From: an uncultured Pseudomonadota bacterium
GTDB taxonomy: Bacteria > Pseudomonadota > Alphaproteobacteria > RF32 > CAG-239
DNA length: 64,000 nucleotides
NCBI GenBank assembly: GCA_949286215.1
Contig: CASDYX010000004.1
Span: forward strand, 20,001-84,000
Direction of reading: 5' to 3'
The notes under the pieces are model-generated. The model saw only the letters and a list, made by a program, of their open reading frames with translations, had not been told where the DNA came from and did not search any database. Each line of letters opens with the position of its first letter. Positions within the stretch are counted from its first letter, which is position 1. Shown here one piece after another: positions 56,494-64,000 of the stretch. Both the position numbers and the translations under genes were made by a program.

Positions 56494-58179
56494 ATGACAA
56501 ATACTGAATTCCAAATTCCTGAAACCAACGAAAATTTTGAAGCTCTCTTAAATGAGCAATTCGGTGAAAACAGCCTCACCGGTTCTGTGGTTAAAGGTAC
56601 TATCGTTCGCGTTACTCCTGATTTCGCTTTGGTTGACGTCGGTCTTAAATCTGAAGGCCGCATTCCTTTGCGTGAATTCGGTCAAAACGCTGAACTCAAA
56701 GCCGGCGACAAAGTTGAAGTTTATGTTGACCGCTATGAAGACAAAGATGGTCAAATCGTTCTCTCTCGCGAAAAAGCTCGTCGTGAAGAAGTTTGGCAAG
56801 ATCTTGAAAAATCTCTTAACGCCGGTGAAAGAGTTAACGGTGTTATCTTCGGTAGAGTTAAAGGTGGATTTACCGTTGACCTCAATGGTGCTATCGCTTT
56901 CTTGCCGGGTTCTCAAATCGATATTCGCCCAATTCGCGATATCACTCCGTTAATGGGTATTTCTCAACCGTTCCAAATTTTGAAAATGGATAAAGTTAGA
57001 GGAAATATCGTTGTTTCTCGCCGTGTTGTTTTGGAAGAAACAAGAGCTGAAGCTCGCGCTGAATTAATCGATACCTTGAAAGAAGGTTCTGTTCTCGAAG
57101 GTGTTGTTAAAAACATTACCGATTACGGTGCATTTATTGATTTGGGCGGTGTTGACGGCTTGCTCCACGTTACCGATATTTCTTGGAAACGTATTAACCA
57201 CCCGAGCGAAGTTCTCTCTGTTGGTCAAACCGTTAAAGTTCAAGTTATCAAATTCAATGAAGATAACCAACGCATTTCTTTGGGTATGAAACAACTCGAA
57301 AACGACCCTTGGCAAGCTGTTGCCGACAAATATAAAGTTGGCGAAATCTACAAAGGTAAAGTTACCAACATTACTGATTACGGCGCATTCGTTGAACTCG
57401 AAGACGGTATCGAAGGTTTGGTTCACGTTTCTGAAATGAGCTGGACTCGTAAAAACGTTCATCCGGGTAAAATCGTTTCTACTTCTCAAGAAGTTGAAGT
57501 TAAGGTTTTGGAAGTTGATCCGGATAAGAGACGTATCAGCCTCGGCATCAAACAATGCACTCCGAACCCTTGGGCTGCTTATATTGAAGAGCATCCGGTC
57601 GGTTCAATCATTGAAGGCAAAATCAAAAACATTACCGAATTCGGTTTGTTTGTTGGTTTGTCTGACGAAATCGACGGCATGATTCACCTCTCTGATATCT
57701 CTTGGGAGAAATCCGGTGAAGAAGCTGTTAAAGACTATGTTAAAGGTCAAGATATTCAGGCTAAAATTATTGATGTTGATGTTGAAAAAGAACGCATCAG
57801 CCTCGGTATTAAACAATTGTCTGAAAACAACTTGGCTGCCGCTTTAGATGAAATCAAAAAAGGCGATGTTGTTAAAGCAACCGTTGTCAGCATTGAAGAC
57901 AAAGGTGTTAACGTTGAAGTTAACGGCGTTAGCGCTATGATTAAAAAAGCTGACTTGTCTAAAGAAAAAGCTAACCAAAATCCTGAAAACTACAAAGAAG
58001 GCGATGTATTAGAAGCCAAAGTTACTTCAGTTGATAAGAAAAACAACAAGCTCGGCTTGTCTGTTAAAGCTTTAGAAATTGAAGAAGAAAAGAAAGCTTT
58101 GGAAGAATATTCATCTACTGCTTCCAGTGGTTCTTCTTTGGGTGACGCTTTAGGCGAAGCTTTGAAGAAAAACGCTTAA
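56494..58179 (+). CDS. rpsA: 30S ribosomal protein S1
   Basis: It has six S1 repeats with the alphaproteobacterial N-terminal pattern (EGSVVKGTIV...DVGLKSEGRIPLREFG). The track start at 56476 is TTG; the first ATG is at 56494. Confidence 0.9.
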   Translation: MTNTEFQIPETNENFEALLNEQFGENSLTGSVVKGTIVRVTPDFALVDVGLKSEGRIPLREFGQNAELKAGDKVEVYVDRYEDKDGQIVLSREKARREEVWQDLEKSLNAGERVNGVIFGRVKGGFTVDLNGAIAFLPGSQIDIRPIRDITPLMGISQPFQILKMDKVRGNIVVSRRVVLEETRAEARAELIDTLKEGSVLEGVVKNITDYGAFIDLGGVDGLLHVTDISWKRINHPSEVLSVGQTVKVQVIKFNEDNQRISLGMKQLENDPWQAVADKYKVGEIYKGKVTNITDYGAFVELEDGIEGLVHVSEMSWTRKNVHPGKIVSTSQEVEVKVLEVDPDKRRISLGIKQCTPNPWAAYIEEHPVGSIIEGKIKNITEFGLFVGLSDEIDGMIHLSDISWEKSGEEAVKDYVKGQDIQAKIIDVDVEKERISLGIKQLSENNLAAALDEIKKGDVVKATVVSIEDKGVNVEVNGVSAMIKKADLSKEKANQNPENYKEGDVLEAKVTSVDKKNNKLGLSVKALEIEEEKKALEEYSSTASSGSSLGDALGEALKKNA

Positions 58180-58195
58180 TTTTTATAGAAGTTAG

Positions 58196-58233
58196 CAAAA
58201 ACACCCTTCGGTCTTCCGGAGGGTGTTTTTTTG
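58196..58233 (+). terminator. rpsA intrinsic terminator
   Basis: The stem acacccttcgg / ccggagggtgt is 11 bp with one G·U pair and loop tctt. It is followed by T7. Confidence 0.7.
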
Positions 58234-58234
58234 C

Positions 58235-58405
58235 GATTCGGAGAAAGGCTTTGCGATTCGGAGAAAAATTAACTTTTATTTTGAACGAATCGAAAAAAAT
58301 TTTTTAATCGGACTCAATGCGAATCTGGGCAAGGCTTTGAGCGAATCGAAGATAGAAAGAAAAGAATCGGCATAAGATTTTGTTAATAATTAAAATTATA
58401 GAATC
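58235..58405. promoter_or_regulatory. Cluster of eight GANTC sites, seven of them as GAATCG/CGATTC cores, including an 18-nt direct repeat ttgcgattcggagaaa, upstream of the autotransporter gene
   Basis: GANTC occurs at 58235, 58255, 58287, 58311, 58321, 58343, 58364 and 58401. The expected number is below one in 170 nt. Confidence 0.45.
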
Positions 58406-58473
58406 GGGGCAAATCGATTTATCTTCCTTATGTTCTCCAGAAAAGAGAACTAGCAAAAAACAAGGCCGACGCT

Positions 58474-61400
58474 ATGACGAAACAACTTCTTTCTTTTTCT
58501 TTTAGCCTTCTTACTGCAGTTGCTTTATGCAATTCTCCGGCTTTGGCTGATGATCCGGTCAACATTACTTGTCCCGGAGGCATGTGTGATTTTCAGACTA
58601 TCGATAATAACGGCACAATGAACGTTAATGACACTGGAGTAGCCAACTCCAATACTGTCGGCGATACCGGAACAATGACTATTAATAAAGGAGGCATTGC
58701 AAATGAAACAACAGTCAATACCGGTGGTAACGTTATTGTTAATCAAGGAGGCGATGCTCAAAAAACAACTATTGAAGGTGGCTTAGTTACAGTAGCCGAA
58801 GAAGGAAGCACTACCACAACAACCATTAATTCCGGTTCTATGATAAGTGAAGGAAATACACTCGGGACCATAGTGAACTCCTCTGGCGGACAAATCGGTG
58901 AAAATACTTATCAAGGTTTTGAAGTTAGCGGAAACGGAATTGCAACGACAACACAAGTCAACACCGGCGGTACCATGCTGGTGAAAGATGGCGGTACTGC
59001 AGATGGAACTATTATAGACGGCGGTACAGTTGAAGTACGTTTTGATGAACCTGATAGCGGTGAAGATGTTACTGTAGAACCAACTCCAGGAGAAGGAGAG
59101 GAAGAAACAGTTGCGAGAATTGAGGATACAACGAATAGTGACGGAAATACTGATACCGGTCTAAATGATGAAACCGGTAGCGGAACTGAAGATGGCTCCG
59201 GTAGTTCAGACGGCTCTGATGGTTCCGATGGCTCTGATGTAACGGAACCCACAGAACCAACATATTCAACCGTTCAAAATACTACTATCAATTCAGGTAC
59301 TTTAAATGTAGAAACCGGCGGTCTTGCCAGTGTGACCGAAGTAAATACTGATGGTGTTATGAACGTTAATAACGGGGGTATTGCCGACAACACTACAATT
59401 AACGGAGGAACCGTTAACGTTAATATGGATGGTATTGCTACAAACACTACCCTAACAGATGGAACACTAAATATTACTGATGGAGGGAGCGCCTCCCTAT
59501 CCACCATTAATGGCGGCGTGATGAATGTCACCGGAGGTGGTACAGCTCAAACCTCTATTGTTAATAATGGCGGCGAAATTGTCGCTCAAGATGCCTCTAT
59601 GGTAACAGATACAACAATTAATAACGGTGGTACCTTGACCCTTGAGGGTAGTGCCAATGCTGATATTGTTGTTGTCAACAAGGGCGGATTGATTGATGCC
59701 TCGCAAACAAATGCAACTGTTCGTGGCTTGACGGTGAATGACCAAGGCTCTTATCACCTGACTACGGATAACGACGTTATTGATGCTAATCTTTACGGAA
59801 AGCACTATGATACCCTCTTTAATAATGGCGTTGGAAACGGAATTATCGTAGGAGGTGAAAGTCAACTTGATGTCCTTGACAAAGGTGTTTTAACCAATAC
59901 TCTTCTTCAAGACAGTGGTTTGGTTGAAGTCCAAAGCGGAGGCAGTATTTCAGATACTGTTGCTAACGGCTCCAGCAATATTGCGGTTGAGACCGGGGGT
60001 AGTGCAAATAATACTGTTTTGAATGAAAGCAGCTCTATGATTGTTGATGGTACAGCACTTGGAACAATCATTAACTCCGGCGGGCATGCTACCGATAGCG
60101 GTAATGTTCAAGGTCTAGAAGTTAATTCCGGTGGTATGGTATTTAATTCTACCGTCAATACAAACGGCTCAATGCTGGTTAAAAATGGCGGTGATGCCTA
60201 TGATACGGTTGTTAATGGCGGTTTTTTGAGTGCTGAAAGCGGTGCTAGCCTCAATAACGTGGAAGCACTGGGTTCTTCAACTTTGGGCTTAGCTGATGGA
60301 ACGAACCTTAATGGAAGTGTTGCTATTTCTCAAAATGCCACCTTAGCCGGAAGTTACGATTACAACAAACTCTTTAGCGATGGAAACATTTCATCTTTGA
60401 TAATTGTTAACGGTGTTAATGAAAAATTTGGAAATAAACTTGAAGCCACAACTGCCGGTAAAGACTTAACCTTTGCTGATGGTAGTTTTAAGATTTCCTC
60501 TGATGGGACAAATGGTTCAACAACTGTTAATGGCTGGAACAGCATTAATATTGGAGGAAAAAACGGAGCTGCAAATGTTTCATTAGGTAGCGATATTAAT
60601 ATGGACAGTACGGCAAGCGAAATTAAAATTAACCAAGGTTCCGTACTTGATACTTCTGAAATTGAAAATGTAAATATTCTTGGCTCAGTTGTTAACGCCG
60701 GAGACCTCAACATGGTTAGCCCCGGAAGTTTGGCTGATGAAAAAGACAACACCACGACGATTGAAGGAAATTATACCGGTCAAAGCAATTCATCAATTAC
60801 GCTAAAAGTGGATACAGAGAATAATATCTCCGACAAGTTAGTCGTTAACGGCGATGTTAAAGGAACATCCGAACTTAATATTCAACTTGCTTCGGTGGCA
60901 AAAACCAGTGAAAAAATTCTGTTTTTGGAAGCTCCGAATGACGATGCTTCGACTGCTGCAAACTTTACCATTTGGAGAGTAAATTCCAGCCCATACCTTT
61001 GGGATACCTATAATGAGGGCAATAACTGGTATATGGGTATGGCTAATAGTGGTGGAAAGATTGGCGTTTACTCTGAAGTTTTGGCTTACATGGGATTACC
61101 TCACGCCGCATTGGAGCAAACCAGAAGCGTGGTCTATAACGTGATTAATAAAATAAACTTGAGAAACAATAATCTGGTTGATAATCGTGTTATGCATTCT
61201 CCGGCTTATCGCTATTACTCTAAAGGAATTGAAAACTTTTATAATAACTACAATTTCTGGATTATGCCTATTTTCCACTCAATTACCAACGAAGGCTCTA
61301 TTAATTATGATGCCGATATTATGGGTGGTGAGGCAGGAATTGATATTTACAACAATAACAACAATAGAATAGGCTTGTTTGCCTCTTACCGACAAGGTGA

Positions 61401-62040
61401 CTATGATTTTGACGGAGAAGCCGAAGATTTCTTTGCCAGATATGGCAGCGAGATTGATATCGACAGCTATTTGGGTGGCGTTTACTATCGCCACAACTGG
61501 CAAAATGCTTGGGCTTTGGCTACCGTTTACGGCGGTATTCAAGAGGCTGACATCAAAACCAAAGATAACGTTACTTCAGACACTGATGCTACCGAATATG
61601 GTTTAAGCCTTGCTGCAGGATACGTTTATAACGTTAATTACAGTTTCAACATTGAGCCAAGCGCCATTATTAATATCACATCTATCAGTTATGATGATGC
61701 TAAAGATATTTATGGCAAATCGGCAGAATTTGATACCCTTACATCTCTGGAAGCAGATTTAGGTGTGAAATTTGAACAAACCTGGAATCTGGATAAGGGC
61801 TTTGCTAAAGCCTACATCAGACCGAGTGTTCTCTTTAATTCGGTCTCTGGAAGTGATGTGACAATTACCAACTTGCTTGATAATACTCCCGAAATGGACG
61901 ACGGTGCATTTGCTCGTCTGGAAATTGGTGGAAGTGCTGATATCAGTAAATTTTTCAGCCTGTATGCTACCGCTCGCGCTACTGCCGGAAGCGATTATCA
62001 AGATGTGGCAATTACCGCAGGGTTAAACTATGTCTTTTGA
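58474..62040 (+). CDS. Classical (type Va) autotransporter with passenger-associated repeats and a C-terminal beta-barrel
   Basis: It has a signal peptide MTKQLLSFSFSLLTAVALCNSPALA. Passenger repeats are of the form NTGG[TN]M.V..GG.A..T.I.GG, and an acidic DGSGSSDGSDGSDGSD linker is present. The C-terminal stretch of about 280 aa has alternating hydrophobic residues and ends ...AGLNYVF. Confidence 0.8.
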   Translation: MTKQLLSFSFSLLTAVALCNSPALADDPVNITCPGGMCDFQTIDNNGTMNVNDTGVANSNTVGDTGTMTINKGGIANETTVNTGGNVIVNQGGDAQKTTIEGGLVTVAEEGSTTTTTINSGSMISEGNTLGTIVNSSGGQIGENTYQGFEVSGNGIATTTQVNTGGTMLVKDGGTADGTIIDGGTVEVRFDEPDSGEDVTVEPTPGEGEEETVARIEDTTNSDGNTDTGLNDETGSGTEDGSGSSDGSDGSDGSDVTEPTEPTYSTVQNTTINSGTLNVETGGLASVTEVNTDGVMNVNNGGIADNTTINGGTVNVNMDGIATNTTLTDGTLNITDGGSASLSTINGGVMNVTGGGTAQTSIVNNGGEIVAQDASMVTDTTINNGGTLTLEGSANADIVVVNKGGLIDASQTNATVRGLTVNDQGSYHLTTDNDVIDANLYGKHYDTLFNNGVGNGIIVGGESQLDVLDKGVLTNTLLQDSGLVEVQSGGSISDTVANGSSNIAVETGGSANNTVLNESSSMIVDGTALGTIINSGGHATDSGNVQGLEVNSGGMVFNSTVNTNGSMLVKNGGDAYDTVVNGGFLSAESGASLNNVEALGSSTLGLADGTNLNGSVAISQNATLAGSYDYNKLFSDGNISSLIIVNGVNEKFGNKLEATTAGKDLTFADGSFKISSDGTNGSTTVNGWNSINIGGKNGAANVSLGSDINMDSTASEIKINQGSVLDTSEIENVNILGSVVNAGDLNMVSPGSLADEKDNTTTIEGNYTGQSNSSITLKVDTENNISDKLVVNGDVKGTSELNIQLASVAKTSEKILFLEAPNDDASTAANFTIWRVNSSPYLWDTYNEGNNWYMGMANSGGKIGVYSEVLAYMGLPHAALEQTRSVVYNVINKINLRNNNLVDNRVMHSPAYRYYSKGIENFYNNYNFWIMPIFHSITNEGSINYDADIMGGEAGIDIYNNNNNRIGLFASYRQGDYDFDGEAEDFFARYGSEIDIDSYLGGVYYRHNWQNAWALATVYGGIQEADIKTKDNVTSDTDATEYGLSLAAGYVYNVNYSFNIEPSAIINITSISYDDAKDIYGKSAEFDTLTSLEADLGVKFEQTWNLDKGFAKAYIRPSVLFNSVSGSDVTITNLLDNTPEMDDGAFARLEIGGSADISKFFSLYATARATAGSDYQDVAITAGLNYVF

Positions 62041-62207
62041 CGACAGAAGTCCCAAAAGCATAAAAAGATAACGGCAGGAGCCGAGGTCTTATATTAATTG
62101 AAGATATTATTACTCCCCATCCCCATCTATCATTATGTATTTTTTAAGGTTATGATTAATATATTAAGATTATTGATTATTAAGGCCCAGTTAAAAGGAG
62201 ATTATAC

Positions 62208-62822
62208 ATGTATAAAAAAACATTGACGGTTGCCGCTTGTGTTTTGGCTCTCGGAATTTCATCTGCAAATGCTGAACTTGTCACTCAGCCTTTGCCCAAG
62301 CCCAACATGGTTGGTGGCAAAACCCTGATGCAAAGCCTGCAGGAAAGACGGACTGCGCGTGAATTCGGCAGACGTGCCGTTAATGAACAAACTTTGGCTG
62401 ATATGCTGTGGGCAGCGGTTGGTGTCAATCGCCAGGATGGCAAGCGAACCATTCCGACCGCCCGCGACAGCCAAGATTTATCCGTCTATGTGCTTAAATA
62501 TGACGGTGTATGGCTTTATGATGCAAAAGCTCATCGATTGGTGCAAGTCTCTGATAAAGATTTGCGAACAATGTTGGCTACGCAAGAATTTGCTAAAGAA
62601 GCTGCATTGGATTTGATTTATGTCTCTACTAACGAAAATCCGATGTATGGCGCTATGCATGCCGGTTCGGCTTATCAAAATGTCGGACTTTATTGTGCGG
62701 ACAAAGGCTTAAACAATGTGGTCAGAGGTTATTTTGACCACGATGCCGTGGCTCATGAACTCAAACTTGATGATAAACAGCAAGTGATTGTGTCTCAGGC
62801 AATCGGTTGGCCCAAAGAATAA
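62208..62822 (+). CDS. Nitroreductase-family protein with an N-terminal signal peptide
   Basis: It has a signal peptide MYKKTLTVAACVLALGISSANA, and AAGGAG lies upstream. The rest matches the nitroreductase fold pattern. The gene is visibly more GC-rich than its neighbours. Confidence 0.55.
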   Translation: MYKKTLTVAACVLALGISSANAELVTQPLPKPNMVGGKTLMQSLQERRTAREFGRRAVNEQTLADMLWAAVGVNRQDGKRTIPTARDSQDLSVYVLKYDGVWLYDAKAHRLVQVSDKDLRTMLATQEFAKEAALDLIYVSTNENPMYGAMHAGSAYQNVGLYCADKGLNNVVRGYFDHDAVAHELKLDDKQQVIVSQAIGWPKE

Positions 62823-62902
62823 AAAATTAGCGACTTTTTTGAATTTAAGCAAAAAAACTCTTGTCAAACGCAACTTTTGACATTATGAATAGTTTCGTTC
62901 GT

Positions 62903-62993
62903 GGATAGATGGCCGAGTGGTCGAAGGCGCACGATTGGAAATCGTGTATACCCCTAAAGGGTATCCAGGGTTCGAATCCCTGTCTATCCGCCA
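62903..62993 (+). tRNA. tRNA-Ser(GGA)
   Basis: The cloverleaf reads GGATAGA-TG-GCCG-AGTGGTCGAA-GGCG-C-ACGAT-TGGAAAT-CGTGT, then a long variable arm ATACCCCTAAAGGGTATC, then CAGGG-TTCGAAT-CCCTG-TCTATCC-G-CCA. Confidence 0.85.
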
Positions 62994-63029
62994 TTTACAA
63001 GAAAACCCTGCAGAAATGCGGGGTTTTGT
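62975..63029 (+). repeat. Direct repeat copy 1, covering the tRNA-Ser 3' end plus its terminator hairpin; copy 2 is at 63160..63214
   Basis: The sequence aatccctgtctatcc[g/a]ccatttaca...ccctgcagaaatgcggggttttgtt appears twice, about 90% identical. The 130 nt between the copies contains an inverted degenerate tRNA T-arm, ccggatttgaaccctggat, at about 63045-63063. Confidence 0.6.
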
Positions 63030-63159
63030 TGTAAATGATGAGGATTGCCGGATTTGAACCCTGGATAAAAAGGGTTCGACTACCAGCGAAAGGCGGGCGG
63101 GAGAACGCCAGTGAGCGGTAGCGAATGAGCGCCTGTGCAACTCTAGCGGAGCGACGAGT

Positions 63160-63214
63160 AATCCCTGTCTATCCACCATTTACAGAAAGCCCTGCAGAAA
63201 TGCGGGGTTTTGTT
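63160..63214 (+). repeat. Direct repeat copy 2 of the tRNA-Ser 3' end plus terminator
   Basis: See copy 1. The terminator hairpin ccctgcagaaatgcgggg is retained. Confidence 0.6.
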
Positions 63215-63226
63215 TTCTTATAGGCT

Positions 63227-63558
63227 TTAATCCCACTTTTTAAAGACGAAAAATACGGCTAACAATATTAACCCAAAGCCAACAATATAATTCCAGCGCA
63301 AATCCTCTTTTAAATAAAGAATCGAAAAAATACAAAAGATGCTAATGGTAATAGCTTCTTGCATTATCTTTAGCTGTGGTGCGCTAAAGTAGTCATGTCC
63401 GATACGATTTGTCGGCACTTGAAAAAAAAGCTATGCCCCAACTGGCTAAAATTACTACCCATAAAGATGTACTTTTAAACTTTAGGTGTCCATACCATGC
63501 AAATGTCATGAATATATTTGAAATTATAAGTAAAAATACCGGATAAAATTGTCTCATG
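63227..63558 (-). pseudogene. DMT-superfamily small four-TM membrane protein (DUF486-like), frameshifted at an A8/T8 homopolymer
   Basis: The upstream frame reads MRQFYPVFLLIISNIFMTFAWYGHLKFKSTSLWVVILASWGIAFF. The sequence then switches frame at the A run 63421-63428 into the track ORF 63227..63418, ...PTNRIGHDYFSAPQLKIMQEAITISIFCIFSILYLKEDLRWNYIVGFGLILLAVFFVFKKW. The two parts together make a complete family member. Confidence 0.5.
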
Positions 63559-63693
63559 CTTTCGCCTCTTTTTATGTTTAATGGTATCTTTATGCTTTAA
63601 TTCTCATTTGTCAAAAAAAATTAACACAATTTCAATAAAAGATTCTTTATACTAAAGGTTATTGGCAAGTTTGGTTTTAGAAGGACGTATACT

Positions 63694-64000
63694 ATGAATT
63701 TTTTTGATAAAGGTAACTCGGATAATAAAATGAATTTAAGACCCATGGGAAATTCAAGTGAAGAACTGATAAAGCAAATGTCAGTCAATAATGTTAGAGC
63801 CGCAGCTGAAGCTACCCCTACGCCTTCTAAAAGTGTTGATACTTCTGCTACCCCTACAAACACTGCAGAAGCTAAACCGCAACAACCAACAAATACTGCT
63901 CCTGTAAATTCTACACCTTCTCTTGCCAGACACCCTATTTCTGTTAACAAAATAAATCCTGAAGATGTTCTTGTTAGTAAATATAGCTCCGGTCCGATTA
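63694..64000 (+). CDS. Hypothetical Thr/Pro/Ala-rich protein, N-terminal part only; the ORF runs off the window end
   Basis: The ATG at 63694 is preceded by AAGGA. The frame is open to the window end with no stop (MNFFDKGNSDNKMNLRPMGNSSEELIKQ...). Confidence 0.4.
   Translation, partial: MNFFDKGNSDNKMNLRPMGNSSEELIKQMSVNNVRAAAEATPTPSKSVDTSATPTNTAEAKPQQPTNTAPVNSTPSLARHPISVNKINPEDVLVSKYSSGPI

Noticed and set aside
63031-63216. A second tRNA or a two-piece tmRNA acceptor piece downstream of tRNA-Ser
   Set aside because: The T-arm-like fragment is inverted and its stem cannot pair. No acceptor or D-arm partner exists, and no tag-peptide reading frame ends in AA-stop.

Overview
This 64 kb window is AT-rich. 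Its housekeeping genes (cmk-rpsA, rsmE, gpt, a cbpA-like J-protein, a NarL-type regulator) have an alphaproteobacterial, Rhizobiales-like look. The left two thirds (1 to about 40.2 kb) form an accessory region made of two divergently transcribed gene clusters sharing one AT-rich intergenic region (28254-28553).

(1) A roughly 28 kb minus-strand VirB-like type IV secretion locus of unusual composition, read 5' to 3':
- two VirB2/TrbC-like pilins;
- a 1145-aa secreted protein with an embedded VirB2-like pilin domain;
- an intrinsic terminator;
- VirB3;
- VirB4, intact in length but interrupted by a single in-frame TGA;
- three translationally coupled secreted coiled-coil proteins, one carrying a 96-nt tandem repeat;
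- a 1537-aa acidic coiled-coil secreted protein in the position where a VirB6 might be expected, with no transmembrane segments;
- VirB8, a VirB7-like lipoprotein, and a second VirB8;
- a VirB9 homolog with a C-terminal FtsN-like SPOR domain;
- two giant tandem paralogs built from about 80 copies of a 17-residue repeat, the second running off the window start.
No VirB6, VirB10, VirB11 or VirD4 homolog is visible in the window.

(2) A plus-strand R64/PAPI-1-style type IVb pilus locus (28554-40182):
- a TcpQ-domain lipoprotein;
- a lipoprotein secretin;
- a GspE-family ATPase;
- a GspF-like platform protein;
- a pilin-like protein lacking Glu5;
- a PilT-like ATPase.
No prepilin peptidase is present.

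The right third is mostly housekeeping. It includes a TerY-P triad (vWA protein, PP2C phosphatase, Ser/Thr kinase) preceded by a 44-aa lipoprotein sORF, an M20 peptidase, an ELM1-like protein, a class I methyltransferase, and a classical autotransporter preceded by a dense GANTC/GAATCG motif cluster. It also has tRNA-Arg(CCT) and tRNA-Ser(GGA), each flanked by an ~50-nt direct repeat that copies the tRNA 3' end (integration scars), a GC-rich secreted nitroreductase, and a DMT-family gene frameshifted at an A8 run.

All calls are made from sequence and motif reading only; no database search was possible.
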